DNA of 64,000 nt from Candidatus Collierbacteria bacterium GW2011_GWB2_45_17 (GTDB lineage: Bacteria; Patescibacteriota; Microgenomatia; UBA1400; MFAQ01): the NCBI GenBank assembly GCA_001001485.1, contig LCKO01000006.1:4350-68349 (forward strand), read 5' to 3'. The translations under genes were made by a program, and so were the position numbers. The notes below the pieces were generated by a model that did not search any database, had not been told where the DNA came from, and saw only the letters and a list, made by a program, of their open reading frames with translations. Shown here piece by piece: positions 46,407 to 54,910 of the stretch (its first letter is position 1; the number at the start of each line of letters is the position of its first letter).

Positions 46407-47583
46407 ATCGCTTTTTCCAAATCACGAGGTTGTAGATGAACCAGTTGAGGGGGACGGTGATCGCGAAGACGGCGAGGACGAGGAAGAGGGTGCGGTATTG
46501 GTCACCGAATACTTGTGTACCGACGCCGATCACCAGGCTGGGCAGAACAATCCCCGAGACGACGGAGCTGAGATTGAAGGTGGTAAATTTTTTGACTAAG
46601 GTGGTACCCCAGATCAGCTTTTCGTTTTTGAAGGTCCAAAGGTTATTGAGAATAAAGTTGCTGATGATCGAAAATTCGGCGGCAAGGGCATTTGCTAATG
46701 TATTTCTAACCCCAACGACGCTGATCAAATTGCTAAGAAGCTTGGCAAAGATATCGAGGCCGACCTTGTTGATGACAAAGCCAAAAAGACCGATAGTGCC
46801 AAATTTGATAAACTTTTGGGTGGTGGAGTCGTTCCATCTGAGTAAAACAGCTGTTCTGAGAATATCTTTGGCTGTCTGCGGTTCAATCTTGGACTCACCC
46901 GTTTCTCTGAGGCCAAACTGTAAAGGGATTTCCTTAATCTTGGCACCTAATTGAATGGTCTTGTAAATAAACTCCAGTTTGTAGCCAAAACTTCTGGAAT
47001 ACAAATGATCCATGTCCATGGTGTCGACAAAGCCTTTGATACGGGTAGCCTTTAGGCCGGTGGTGGGGTCGGTAAGGCGGAAAAAGTTTTTGGTTGGAAA
47101 GAACATGAAAATCCTTGCAGCTAAGCCACCTACTTCACTAAAGAAAAGTCTCTTGAAACCCCAACCTTTGGGATTACTACCACCTTTGATCTTGCGGGAG
47201 CCCAAGACATAATCATAACCTTCATCAATAGCCTGAAGCATGATGGGGATGGTGGTGGGCGGGTGCTGAAAATCACTATCGAACTCGATGACTACATCGG
47301 CGTCGTGCTTACTCATAGCTCTTCTAAAACCCTTTACATAAGCTGCACCAATCCCCTCTTTTTTGGTTTCGATCAGAAGATCAAGATCTGGGTATTGCTT
47401 TTGTTTGTCTTGAATTATTTTCCAAGTACCATCTGGGGACTTGCCATCGACGTAGAGTAAAACACATTTCCAGTTGGAGATTTTGGGAAAGGTTTTGATA
47501 AAAAGATAATCGATCATCCTCGCAGTGTGCCCTGCTTCATTGTAAGTGGGGATGACAATGACGGCGACGGGGAGTTGCTTCAT
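46405..47583 (-). CDS. Polyprenol-phosphate mannose synthase-like GT2 fused to a GtrA flippase domain
   Basis: IPTYNE, DSDFQHPP and DPTTG motifs; C-terminal FIKFGTIG..NFILNNLWTF. Confidence 0.85.
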   Translation of the reverse strand: MKQLPVAVIVIPTYNEAGHTARMIDYLFIKTFPKISNWKCVLLYVDGKSPDGTWKIIQDKQKQYPDLDLLIETKKEGIGAAYVKGFRRAMSKHDADVVIEFDSDFQHPPTTIPIMLQAIDEGYDYVLGSRKIKGGSNPKGWGFKRLFFSEVGGLAARIFMFFPTKNFFRLTDPTTGLKATRIKGFVDTMDMDHLYSRSFGYKLEFIYKTIQLGAKIKEIPLQFGLRETGESKIEPQTAKDILRTAVLLRWNDSTTQKFIKFGTIGLFGFVINKVGLDIFAKLLSNLISVVGVRNTLANALAAEFSIISNFILNNLWTFKNEKLIWGTTLVKKFTTFNLSSVVSGIVLPSLVIGVGTQVFGDQYRTLFLVLAVFAITVPLNWFIYNLVIWKKR

Positions 47584-47586
47584 TGA

Positions 47587-47814
47587 TTATTTATCTTTGC
47601 AACAATCGCCACCGCAACAGTTATCGTTTTTTTCAGAAATTTCTTCACGTTTTCCGGTTTCGTCGTACCAGTAGAGTTTTTTTTCGTCCTCGCCGACAGT
47701 CTTGGTGTGGGATCCGTCACAAAAGGGTTGGTTTTTTGATAAGCCACACATACAGATATGTTTATCTCCTACCTGAACGGGAGTGTGGGCGGTTTTTTTT
47801 ATTAGTCTGGGCAT
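47587..47814 (-). CDS. CDGSH iron-sulfur domain protein
   Basis: CMCGLSKNQPFCDGSH motif. Start at MPRL (47814), 6 nt after TATAAT. Confidence 0.92.
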   Translation of the reverse strand: MPRLIKKTAHTPVQVGDKHICMCGLSKNQPFCDGSHTKTVGEDEKKLYWYDETGKREEISEKNDNCCGGDCCKDK

Positions 47815-47832
47815 GAGGATATTATATAGCTC

Positions 47833-47867
47833 AAGAACTCGAGAACTCAAGGAATCAAGAACTCAAG
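47833..47867 (+). repeat. Orphan octamer array between two divergent TATAAT boxes
   Basis: aagaactc gagaactc aaggaatc aagaactc aag. Confidence 0.85.
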
Positions 47868-47880
47868 CTATAATTGGAGT

Positions 47881-48525
47881 ATGAAGATTGATATTTTGAC
47901 TATATTCCCAGAAATGTTTGAGGGAGTGTTTAAAACCTCGATTATCGGCCGGGCGACAGGGACGAGGGTGGTGGACATCAAGGTTCACAATCTGCGCGAC
48001 TGGAGTGATGATAATTATAAGAGTGTGGACGATCGGCCTTTTGGGGGGGGCGCGGGCATGGTGATGAGAGTGGATGTGGTGGAGAGAGCAATTAAAGAAC
48101 TCAAGAACTCAAGAACTCAAGAACTCAAGACTAGGGTGATATTGATGGATACGAAGGGGAAAATGTACGACCAAAAAGTAGCCGAGAAGCTGAAACTCGA
48201 AGAACGCCTAATTTTGATTGCGCCCCATTTTGAAGGTATCGACCATCGGGTACATGAACACTTGGCGGATGAGGTTTATAGCATCGGGCCTTACGTCCTG
48301 AGTGGTGGAGAGCTACCGGTGATGGTGGTGGTGGACAGTCTTTGCCGCTTGTTGCCCGGGGTGCTGGGGAACTCCGAGTCGCTTAAAGAAGAGTCTTACA
48401 GTGAGGAAATGGAGATAGAGTACCCGCAATACACCAGACCGGCGGAGTACAAGGGTTGGAAGGTGCCGGAGGTACTTCTCTCGGGTGATCACAAAAAAAT
48501 TGAGGCGTGGAGGAAGAAGCGGTAA
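47881..48525 (+). CDS. trmD: tRNA (guanine-N1)-methyltransferase
   Basis: VDDRPFGGGAGMVM, SIGPYVLSGGELP, EYPQYTRP and LLSGDH motifs. Confidence 0.96.
   Translation: MKIDILTIFPEMFEGVFKTSIIGRATGTRVVDIKVHNLRDWSDDNYKSVDDRPFGGGAGMVMRVDVVERAIKELKNSRTQELKTRVILMDTKGKMYDQKVAEKLKLEERLILIAPHFEGIDHRVHEHLADEVYSIGPYVLSGGELPVMVVVDSLCRLLPGVLGNSESLKEESYSEEMEIEYPQYTRPAEYKGWKVPEVLLSGDHKKIEAWRKKR
48095..48131 (+). repeat. Perfect (AAGAACTC)4 tandem inside trmD
   Basis: aagaactc x4 plus aagac. Encodes KELKNSRTQELKT. Confidence 0.92.
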
Positions 48526-48533
48526 ATTTATAT

Positions 48534-48568
48534 AGATTGCCACGTCGGATTACCTCCTCGCAATGACG
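48534..48568. repeat. REP-like palindrome downstream of trmD
   Basis: agattgccacgtcggattacctcctcgcaatgacg. Shares the aatttatat flank with the copy at 10936. Confidence 0.85.
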
Positions 48569-48586
48569 AATGGTGGGAGGGAAAAT

Positions 48587-48607
48587 AGATTACAGATGTC
48601 AGATGTC
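48587..48607. repeat. Heptamer array agattac agatgtc agatgtc
   Basis: One mismatch from 17574-17594. Overlaps the stop codon of the 48599 ORF. Confidence 0.7.
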
Positions 48608-48886
48608 AGTGTAATGTAAAGGTTTAGATTTTTTCTGGGCGAGTTCTCGAGCTTCCTCGGCTGTCGTGGCAAGACCGTTTCTTAAATATTTCATTGCTTT
48701 TAGATATTGATCAGGATCCGGAAGTATTTCAGCCAGATCTCCAGCAATTTCTAAATACTCAGCAGTCTGCAACTGCTGAATTCTTTTGAATTCATTGCCT
48801 TTTCTCTCTGCATCAGAACTGTCATTTCTTTCTTCATTCAAACGGTTGACCTCTTTGTCTCTTAGATATTTCACAAGTGGTTCCAT
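48599..48886 (-). CDS. Hypothetical protein
   Basis: 95-aa charged helical ORF that fills the gap in the operon. No motif recognised. Confidence 0.55.
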   Translation of the reverse strand: MEPLVKYLRDKEVNRLNEERNDSSDAERKGNEFKRIQQLQTAEYLEIAGDLAEILPDPDQYLKAMKYLRNGLATTAEEARELAQKKSKPLHYTDI

Positions 48887-48894
48887 ACGAAGGA

Positions 48895-49665
48895 TTATAA
48901 CTTAGGGATTCCGAAGGGGATGAGATAAATGATAGTATCGGATGAAGGAATTGTCACCAAGTCTTTTATTTTTAATTCGTCAAACGAACTGATGACTACC
49001 ATTCCCAATCTAAGGCTTTCAGCTTGAAGATAGAGACTTTGAGCCACATGACCGGCTTCGAGATAGACTTCTTTGTCGTGGCCGATGCCACCATAAGCTT
49101 CGGCCATCTTACCCATATTGCCGGTGATTACCAGGACCGCCGGAGCTTTTTTGAAAGAACTTTCGTTTAGAGCCTCGTAAAGAGCCTGTTGGAGCTCAAC
49201 TGATTGGATGGGTTTTAGCTGATGAACCGGAGTTCTGTCTCCCGGAAGATATTGGTACTCACCAGCCTCTAAACCGGTAACTTTGGAAGCTACCAGAAAA
49301 ATCGATAGAGGGTAGGTTGACTTGGCTGAAGGAGCCGTCCGGCCTCCCCAGTCTACAGTGACCCCTTGCGCGGACCAGAGCATCTGAGAGACTTGTTTGA
49401 GAGAAAGTTCTTTATCCTGGAAGTCTCTCCTGGTGCGGCGATTCTTTAAAGTCGCCTCGACAGAGTTACTGCTCCTAAATTCTGGGCTGGGTAGAGAAAT
49501 ATTTTCGGCCGGAAGAATGGTGGCAGAAGCGGTTGATTCCGGACTGCCGGTGGTAGGAGAAGTTTTTTTAATAACTATCGTACCCAGAAGGATAAAAAAT
49601 ACAACTAAAGCAGTCAGCGCCGGTGTTAGCCAGTGTTTGAGAGGTGAAGGCGCTGTCTTTTTCAC
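48895..49665 (-). CDS. SagB/ThcOx-type nitroreductase-family protein with an N-terminal membrane anchor
   Basis: RRTRRDF, LWSAQG, RTAPSA..YP and EAGHVAQSLYLQAESL motifs. Confidence 0.85.
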   Translation of the reverse strand: MKKTAPSPLKHWLTPALTALVVFFILLGTIVIKKTSPTTGSPESTASATILPAENISLPSPEFRSSNSVEATLKNRRTRRDFQDKELSLKQVSQMLWSAQGVTVDWGGRTAPSAKSTYPLSIFLVASKVTGLEAGEYQYLPGDRTPVHQLKPIQSVELQQALYEALNESSFKKAPAVLVITGNMGKMAEAYGGIGHDKEVYLEAGHVAQSLYLQAESLRLGMVVISSFDELKIKDLVTIPSSDTIIYLIPFGIPKL

Positions 49666-49668
49666 AGT

Positions 49669-50322
49669 TTAGATAAAACTGACCACCTTAGCCGTCTTCC
49701 TGATACCGGTAAACCATTCTTGGGTTTTGGCGTAGACTTCCTGCTGATAAAGGGTGTCTTTGATATTGGAGGCCACTTCTTCCAGTTTCTTACCCGTAAA
49801 AAGGGTGCCGTTGTCGGTAAAATACTTTTTAACTGCCTCGTCGGAAACTTGGATCTGGTAAGTTTTTTCGATCATCTTTTTTAAACTCAAACTCTGTTTG
49901 ATGGACTCTTTGGCCTTGGCTTCAGTTAAGCCGTACTGGGTCAGAGCGGCCTTGAAAGCGTCTTCACTGCCGTAGTCTTTGACTATTTTGGCCATCTCAT
50001 CGGCAACCTCATTCTCCGTAACAGTGATGTTGTTTTTCTTTACCTCCTGGAGAAGAAGTCTTTCCGAAACAATTTCATCAAAGGCTTGCTTGCCATACTT
50101 CTCAGACATCCTTTTATTTAGTTCGTAACGAGTGACCGGAACCGAGTTGACCGTGCCGGCGAGAAATAGTCCGCGATACTTTTGAGCCAGCAAGAAAAGG
50201 AGCGAGCCGAGGGCGATGATTAAGATTAACTTGCCGTAAAATCCAAACGGTGAATGTTTCACTTCGCGTAGCTCTTTAATCATTTTAATAGATTTGACGG
50301 TTTTGACGGTTGGTTTTTTCAT
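49669..50322 (-). CDS. SurA/PrsA N-terminal-like chaperone (no PPIase domain evident)
   Basis: AGTVNSVPVTR and LLLQEVKKNNITVTENEV motifs. Start at MKKPT. Confidence 0.7.
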   Translation of the reverse strand: MKKPTVKTVKSIKMIKELREVKHSPFGFYGKLILIIALGSLLFLLAQKYRGLFLAGTVNSVPVTRYELNKRMSEKYGKQAFDEIVSERLLLQEVKKNNITVTENEVADEMAKIVKDYGSEDAFKAALTQYGLTEAKAKESIKQSLSLKKMIEKTYQIQVSDEAVKKYFTDNGTLFTGKKLEEVASNIKDTLYQQEVYAKTQEWFTGIRKTAKVVSFI

Positions 50323-50338
50323 GGATAAATTTTTATTA

Positions 50339-50707
50339 TTAATATATATTATCACTTTCCAGGTCGATAATATTATCGAAGAAAGGAATGACCGGATCAG
50401 GCAGTTCGGTGCCAAAATTAATGATGTTCTGGCGGATCCATTCGTAGTCGGAGACAGAAGTTTTTTCGAATGTCGGCTGAAGAACTCCGATGTCCGGAGG
50501 AAGAAAAACAGGTTTGTCTGAGCCACGGAAGATGGTTTTACCGATAGATAGAGCAATTAAAAGAACAGTGATAATTCCACCACTGATAATAAACCACTTA
50601 TACCGAATGGCTTTGGCTTTCAGTGGCACGAAAAAGGCACCACTTTTAAGATCGTTTATCAATTTTATCGCTTCCGGATTGGTTATCTTATCGGTTAGGT
50701 TGAGCAT
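50339..50707 (-). CDS. Hypothetical single-TM protein
   Basis: One TM helix and a Pro-rich tail. Overlaps the upstream gene. Confidence 0.6.
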   Translation of the reverse strand: MLNLTDKITNPEAIKLINDLKSGAFFVPLKAKAIRYKWFIISGGIITVLLIALSIGKTIFRGSDKPVFLPPDIGVLQPTFEKTSVSDYEWIRQNIINFGTELPDPVIPFFDNIIDLESDNIY

Positions 50708-51419
50708 AGTTTTTTTCCAGATCAATGAGACGATCTATCCAGTCCCGTTGAAGAGTTTGGATCTCGGCCATTTTTTCGACTCTCGAGGAAAAAAAGATTT
50801 CAGCATCGGCTGATTCTTCGGCCTCAAGAAACTCCAAGTTCTTGGCCAGTAGATCAATTTTTACATCAACCACCTTGGCACTTTCGCGCAGTTCCCGAAT
50901 CCTGGCCGTAACGGTAGCGGGAAGAGAGCCGGGTAGCTTGGAGACCAAATTCTCTAAAGCAATGTTGGAGTCCAATTGAGTCCTCACTAAAGTGGCAAGT
51001 TTGTTGGCGATGATACCGAACTTAATCATCCGATCGTGATGGGCCACGGACTTGGTATATGTTAGAGTAAACTTTTTTAAATCCTCCTGAGTAATGACAG
51101 TCTGGGACTTTTCAGCCTCGGCCAGATAAAACTGTCTGGAAGCGGCAAGAGAAGAAATAATGGGTTGAATTGGCGAATAGTCGGTTTTGGTATTGCCGAT
51201 GAGATCCAAAATGTACCAGCTGAATGAAGCCTTGGCCAAGTCTCGAGAGAGAATCGTTTGTTTGGCTGATAAAATAACTTTTTGCTGATTATCCAAACTA
51301 GAAGTGTTTAAGTAGTCGGCTTTAAGGAGTCGGTACTCTGGATAATATTGACGGTATTGACCGTATTGAAAGTCGTAATCTGACTTGGCGGAGGCACTAC
51401 TAGTATAACTGATTATATT
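50688..51419 (-). CDS. Hypothetical coiled-coil protein, start uncertain
   Basis: The frame stays open for 41 codons upstream of the TTG at 51296. Confidence 0.55.
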   Translation of the reverse strand, partial: NIISYTSSASAKSDYDFQYGQYRQYYPEYRLLKADYLNTSSLDNQQKVILSAKQTILSRDLAKASFSWYILDLIGNTKTDYSPIQPIISSLAASRQFYLAEAEKSQTVITQEDLKKFTLTYTKSVAHHDRMIKFGIIANKLATLVRTQLDSNIALENLVSKLPGSLPATVTARIRELRESAKVVDVKIDLLAKNLEFLEAEESADAEIFFSSRVEKMAEIQTLQRDWIDRLIDLEKNYAQPNR

Positions 51420-52315
51420 TTAGGCAGGCTCAGACCTTGCCCCAAAAGAAGTTCGACTACAGTCTGCCAGGAGGAAAAATGAAGATCGAGAGTTTCTTCG
51501 GTGATTTTAGTTTTTAGACCACCCCAAACTGGATAGCGATTTGGATTGGTTTGGGTTTTTAAGAATTCGTGAACAGAGATAGATTTAATGACAGAAGAGT
51601 CAGCACTGAGATGATCAATGACGAAGGTAATAAGTTCATAGGGAGTGGTGGTGTCGGAAGAACAGTGGAAAACCCCGTGAGAGCCGGTCTCGATAATTCT
51701 ATCGAGAGCTTCGGCAATTTCGTCGATAAAGGCAATGCAGATTTGCTGATCCCTGAACAGGGGGTACATTTTGCCATCGGCGTATTTTTTGAGAGCTCCT
51801 CTAATGTAGTCAGATTTCGGTTCAAATTTGACACGGACTGGGTAAATAATTCTAAGGATGGTTCCACCATTGTCTCTGACTATTTTTTCGGCTCTATTTT
51901 TGGTCCAACCGTACCAAGTAAGTTTTTCGCTGGAGTCGGGTGGTGTTTCTGGTTCTTCGTATGGACCGGGCTGACTTAAGTCCCCAGGAAAGACCATGTC
52001 GGTAGAAATTTGGATGAAGTTTTTTGATTTGAAAGAATCGGAAAGGTTTTTTGTCCCCTCAACGTTCACCTGCCACGCCGGTCCGGTTTCATCTCCGGAT
52101 TGGGCTTCGGAAGCGTTGACATCGGTAAAAGCGGCGAAGTTGACGATCCAGTCAGGATTTTCTTTTTCCAGTAACTGACTGACTTGTTCTTTATTGGTAA
52201 GGTCAAATTGGGGGTATTCGGGAGTAACAAAGTTAAATTTATCGGAGTATTTTTCGATGAAGCGGGAACCGACTAAACCACTGGCGCCGGTGACAAGGAT
52301 TTTGAGTTTGGACAT
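51413..52315 (-). CDS. rmlD: dTDP-4-dehydrorhamnose reductase
   Basis: GASGLVG, NFAAFTDV, ISTDMVF and YGWTK motifs. Confidence 0.85.
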   Translation of the reverse strand: MSKLKILVTGASGLVGSRFIEKYSDKFNFVTPEYPQFDLTNKEQVSQLLEKENPDWIVNFAAFTDVNASEAQSGDETGPAWQVNVEGTKNLSDSFKSKNFIQISTDMVFPGDLSQPGPYEEPETPPDSSEKLTWYGWTKNRAEKIVRDNGGTILRIIYPVRVKFEPKSDYIRGALKKYADGKMYPLFRDQQICIAFIDEIAEALDRIIETGSHGVFHCSSDTTTPYELITFVIDHLSADSSVIKSISVHEFLKTQTNPNRYPVWGGLKTKITEETLDLHFSSWQTVVELLLGQGLSLPKI

Positions 52316-52318
52316 AAC

Positions 52319-52882
52319 TTACATTATCTCAGGTTTGACGAAATCAAAAGAAACAACCTTTGGATCGATACGACATTCCTGGGTATTTTCGTTGGCGACG
52401 AAGAATTGATCGGTGAAGTAATTGAGTGTGACTGAATCATTATTGGGATTGATGAAGCCATGAGCCACGCCGGCCGGGATATAAACAAATTTATCGGCCG
52501 AGAGAATAATCTTCATCTTCGTCAGATAAGAAGATGATTCAGGACGATAATCGATCAGACCCAGAATGATGGTGCCATTGGTAGTCCAGATTTCATTTTG
52601 ACTCGGATGAATGTGCCAAAAACGTTTGGTTTTGGGAGCCAAAAATGAGGTATTGGCTTGAACGGGGCGGAATTTGATGCCCAAGTCTTTAAGAGTCACG
52701 GTATACCCTTGGGGATCAAGACGGATGGTCTCTTTGAACCAGCCACCGTAGTCATCGGCGAAGGTGCTGACCTTAACGACGTGGACATCTTGGATACCTT
52801 CAGCCTTCTCGTACGTTTGACGGTAGAGTTTAATCTTTTTGGGTAGGGCAATGGATCTATTTTTAATTCGTTTAAGTCCCAT
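52319..52882 (-). CDS. rmlC: dTDP-4-dehydrorhamnose 3,5-epimerase family
   Basis: FADDYGGWFKE, RFWHIH and YIPAGVAHGF motifs. Confidence 0.82.
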   Translation of the reverse strand: MGLKRIKNRSIALPKKIKLYRQTYEKAEGIQDVHVVKVSTFADDYGGWFKETIRLDPQGYTVTLKDLGIKFRPVQANTSFLAPKTKRFWHIHPSQNEIWTTNGTIILGLIDYRPESSSYLTKMKIILSADKFVYIPAGVAHGFINPNNDSVTLNYFTDQFFVANENTQECRIDPKVVSFDFVKPEIM

Positions 52883-54622
52883 TTATGGTTGATGATTGTA
52901 AAAGTTTTCTGAGGTAATTTTCATATCTTGCCACCACCATTTGTTTGCTCGGTACCAAGCGACGGTTTCTTTTAAGCGTTTGTAAAAGGGTTCTTTTGGC
53001 TCCCAACCAAGCTCTTTATTGATTTTTTTCCAACTGACGGCGTAACGACGATCGTGTCCCGGTCTATCCGTGATGTATTCAATTCGGTTAGGGGGGAGTT
53101 TCATGATCTTGAGAATCTTTTTGGCCACTTGAAGATTGCTGACGTCTTTTTTCATGCCACCGACGGTGTAGCTACCGCCGATCTTGCCTTTGAGTAGAAC
53201 CATTTCGATGGCCCGACAGTGATCTTCCACATACATCCAGTCGCGGATGTACCGTCCGTCACCGTAGATTAAAATATTTTTTCCGTCTAAAAGATTGGTG
53301 ATAGCTCGGGGAATAAATTTTTCGGTATCCTGGAAAGGGCCGAAGTTGTTACTGCAGTTGGTTATGGTCACCGGCAAACCAAAGGTGGTATGGTAAGACA
53401 TAACCAAGTGATCGGAGCTGGCTTTGGAGGCTGAGTAAGGCGAGTTTGGATTGTATTTAGTTTTGCCGTTAAATTTATTTTTTGAGTTTAGTTTCAAAGC
53501 TCCGAAGACTTCATCGGTTGAGATATGGTGGAATCTGGAGCCATACTTTTTGGCGGCTTCCAAGAGAGTCTGGGTTCCCAACACATTGGTTCTGGTAAAA
53601 ATCATGGGGTCTTCGATGGAGCGATCGACATGGGTTTCAGCCGCAAAATGAACAACCATATCCACCTGAGAGACTAGGCTGTCGACGATTTTTGGATCGG
53701 TGATATCCCCTTTGACGAAAGTGTAATTTTGATTATTTTCAATATCTTTCAGCGATTCTTGATGTCCGGCATAAGTAAGACTATCTAGATTGATGATTTG
53801 ATCGGCGGGGTGTTTCTTTAGCCAGTAGTGAATAAAGTTTGAGCCGATAAAGCCGGCACCGCCGGTGACCAAAAGTCTCCTGCCAGACTTAACTTTTTTG
53901 GCTTTTTCGGCCATGTGCTGGCCGGCATGCAAGAGGCTATCAAAAGTACCGGCATCCTGCCAGTAACTATCAAAGACATAAGCCTTTAACTCTCCCCTCT
54001 CTAAGTAGGTATTGTTGATACTGTCCTGACCATTAATTTCCAGTTCTCCCCGCGGTGATGGCTTGAGATTCTTGGCCATGTCGACCACCCGATGATCGTA
54101 AGTGTATAAACCGACAGAAACATACATAGACTTGGGTTGGCTGGGTTTTTCTTCGATAGACAAAACCTGGTTATCTTTGTCTAGTTCGACGACACCAAAT
54201 CTTTTGACTTCTTCAAGATTGTCTAGCTTCTTGACGTAGATTTGTCCACCGGACTTGAAGGACTTGATTTGTTCGGAAAAATCTTCATCAATAATGTTAT
54301 CTCCGAGAATCATGGTGACGTCATCGTTATCAAGAAAATCTTCTCCAATAATAAATGCCTCAGCCAAGCCGCGTGGTTCTTTTTGAATGGCGTAACTAAA
54401 ATGGACGCCAAATTCCTCACCGGTTCCGAGTAAGTTTAAAAATAGGCCTGAGTTTTCCGGAGCCAAGACAATAAGAATGTCCTTTATCCCCGCTCTGACC
54501 AGAGTTTCAATAGAATAGTAGATCATGGGTTTGTTGTAAACAGGCAAGAGCTGTTTACTGATAACCCACGTCAAAGGCCGCAGTCTGGTCGCACGTCCAC
54601 CGGCTAGGATAATTCCTTTCAT
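52883..54622 (-). CDS. Fused glucose-1-phosphate thymidylyltransferase / dTDP-glucose 4,6-dehydratase (RmlA-RmlB)
   Basis: GIILAGGRATRL..SKQLLPVY..WQDAGTFDSL, then TGGAGFIGSNF, HFAAETHVDRS, YSASK and DRPGHDRRY. Confidence 0.92.
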   Translation of the reverse strand: MKGIILAGGRATRLRPLTWVISKQLLPVYNKPMIYYSIETLVRAGIKDILIVLAPENSGLFLNLLGTGEEFGVHFSYAIQKEPRGLAEAFIIGEDFLDNDDVTMILGDNIIDEDFSEQIKSFKSGGQIYVKKLDNLEEVKRFGVVELDKDNQVLSIEEKPSQPKSMYVSVGLYTYDHRVVDMAKNLKPSPRGELEINGQDSINNTYLERGELKAYVFDSYWQDAGTFDSLLHAGQHMAEKAKKVKSGRRLLVTGGAGFIGSNFIHYWLKKHPADQIINLDSLTYAGHQESLKDIENNQNYTFVKGDITDPKIVDSLVSQVDMVVHFAAETHVDRSIEDPMIFTRTNVLGTQTLLEAAKKYGSRFHHISTDEVFGALKLNSKNKFNGKTKYNPNSPYSASKASSDHLVMSYHTTFGLPVTITNCSNNFGPFQDTEKFIPRAITNLLDGKNILIYGDGRYIRDWMYVEDHCRAIEMVLLKGKIGGSYTVGGMKKDVSNLQVAKKILKIMKLPPNRIEYITDRPGHDRRYAVSWKKINKELGWEPKEPFYKRLKETVAWYRANKWWWQDMKITSENFYNHQP

Positions 54623-54658
54623 AGACGACTATTATACCTTATGACACAACTTTAGCCT

Positions 54659-54910
54659 CTAAAAAAGTCCTATAACAATAAAACAACCAAGGAGGGCAAA
54701 AAGGACGTATTCAGTCACGATTTTTGAGTGATATGTATGTTCTTTTAGGTGATGAACTATACCCCATATAATATATAATAGGGATATTCCTAGAACCACA
54801 AAACGTTGAAATATAGGGTTGCCGTTATAAATTAAGATCAGGACAATGCCGGTAGAAACGAGGAGACAGAGGACTAAATAATCGAGAAGATGTCTGAGAG
54901 GTTTTTTCAT
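54659..54910 (-). CDS. Small 3-TM membrane protein
   Basis: Hydrophobic, with YIIWGIVHH. Overlaps the CAP gene stop. Confidence 0.65.
   Translation of the reverse strand: MKKPLRHLLDYLVLCLLVSTGIVLILIYNGNPIFQRFVVLGISLLYIIWGIVHHLKEHTYHSKIVTEYVLFALLGCFIVIGLF

Noticed and set aside
46436-46954. 172-aa plus-strand ORF and similar antisense or alternate-frame ORFs (for example 1463-1804, 27696-28121, 57873-58259)
   Set aside because: Shadow frames of well-supported genes, with no recognisable motifs.
45926-48131. Octamer and heptamer arrays or REP copies as a CRISPR array
   Set aside because: Units are contiguous or dispersed, with no regular unique spacers and no cas genes.
51340-51370. Short direct repeats tattgacgg/tattgaccg
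   Set aside because: They encode QY-GQY-RQY and are too short to support an independent element.
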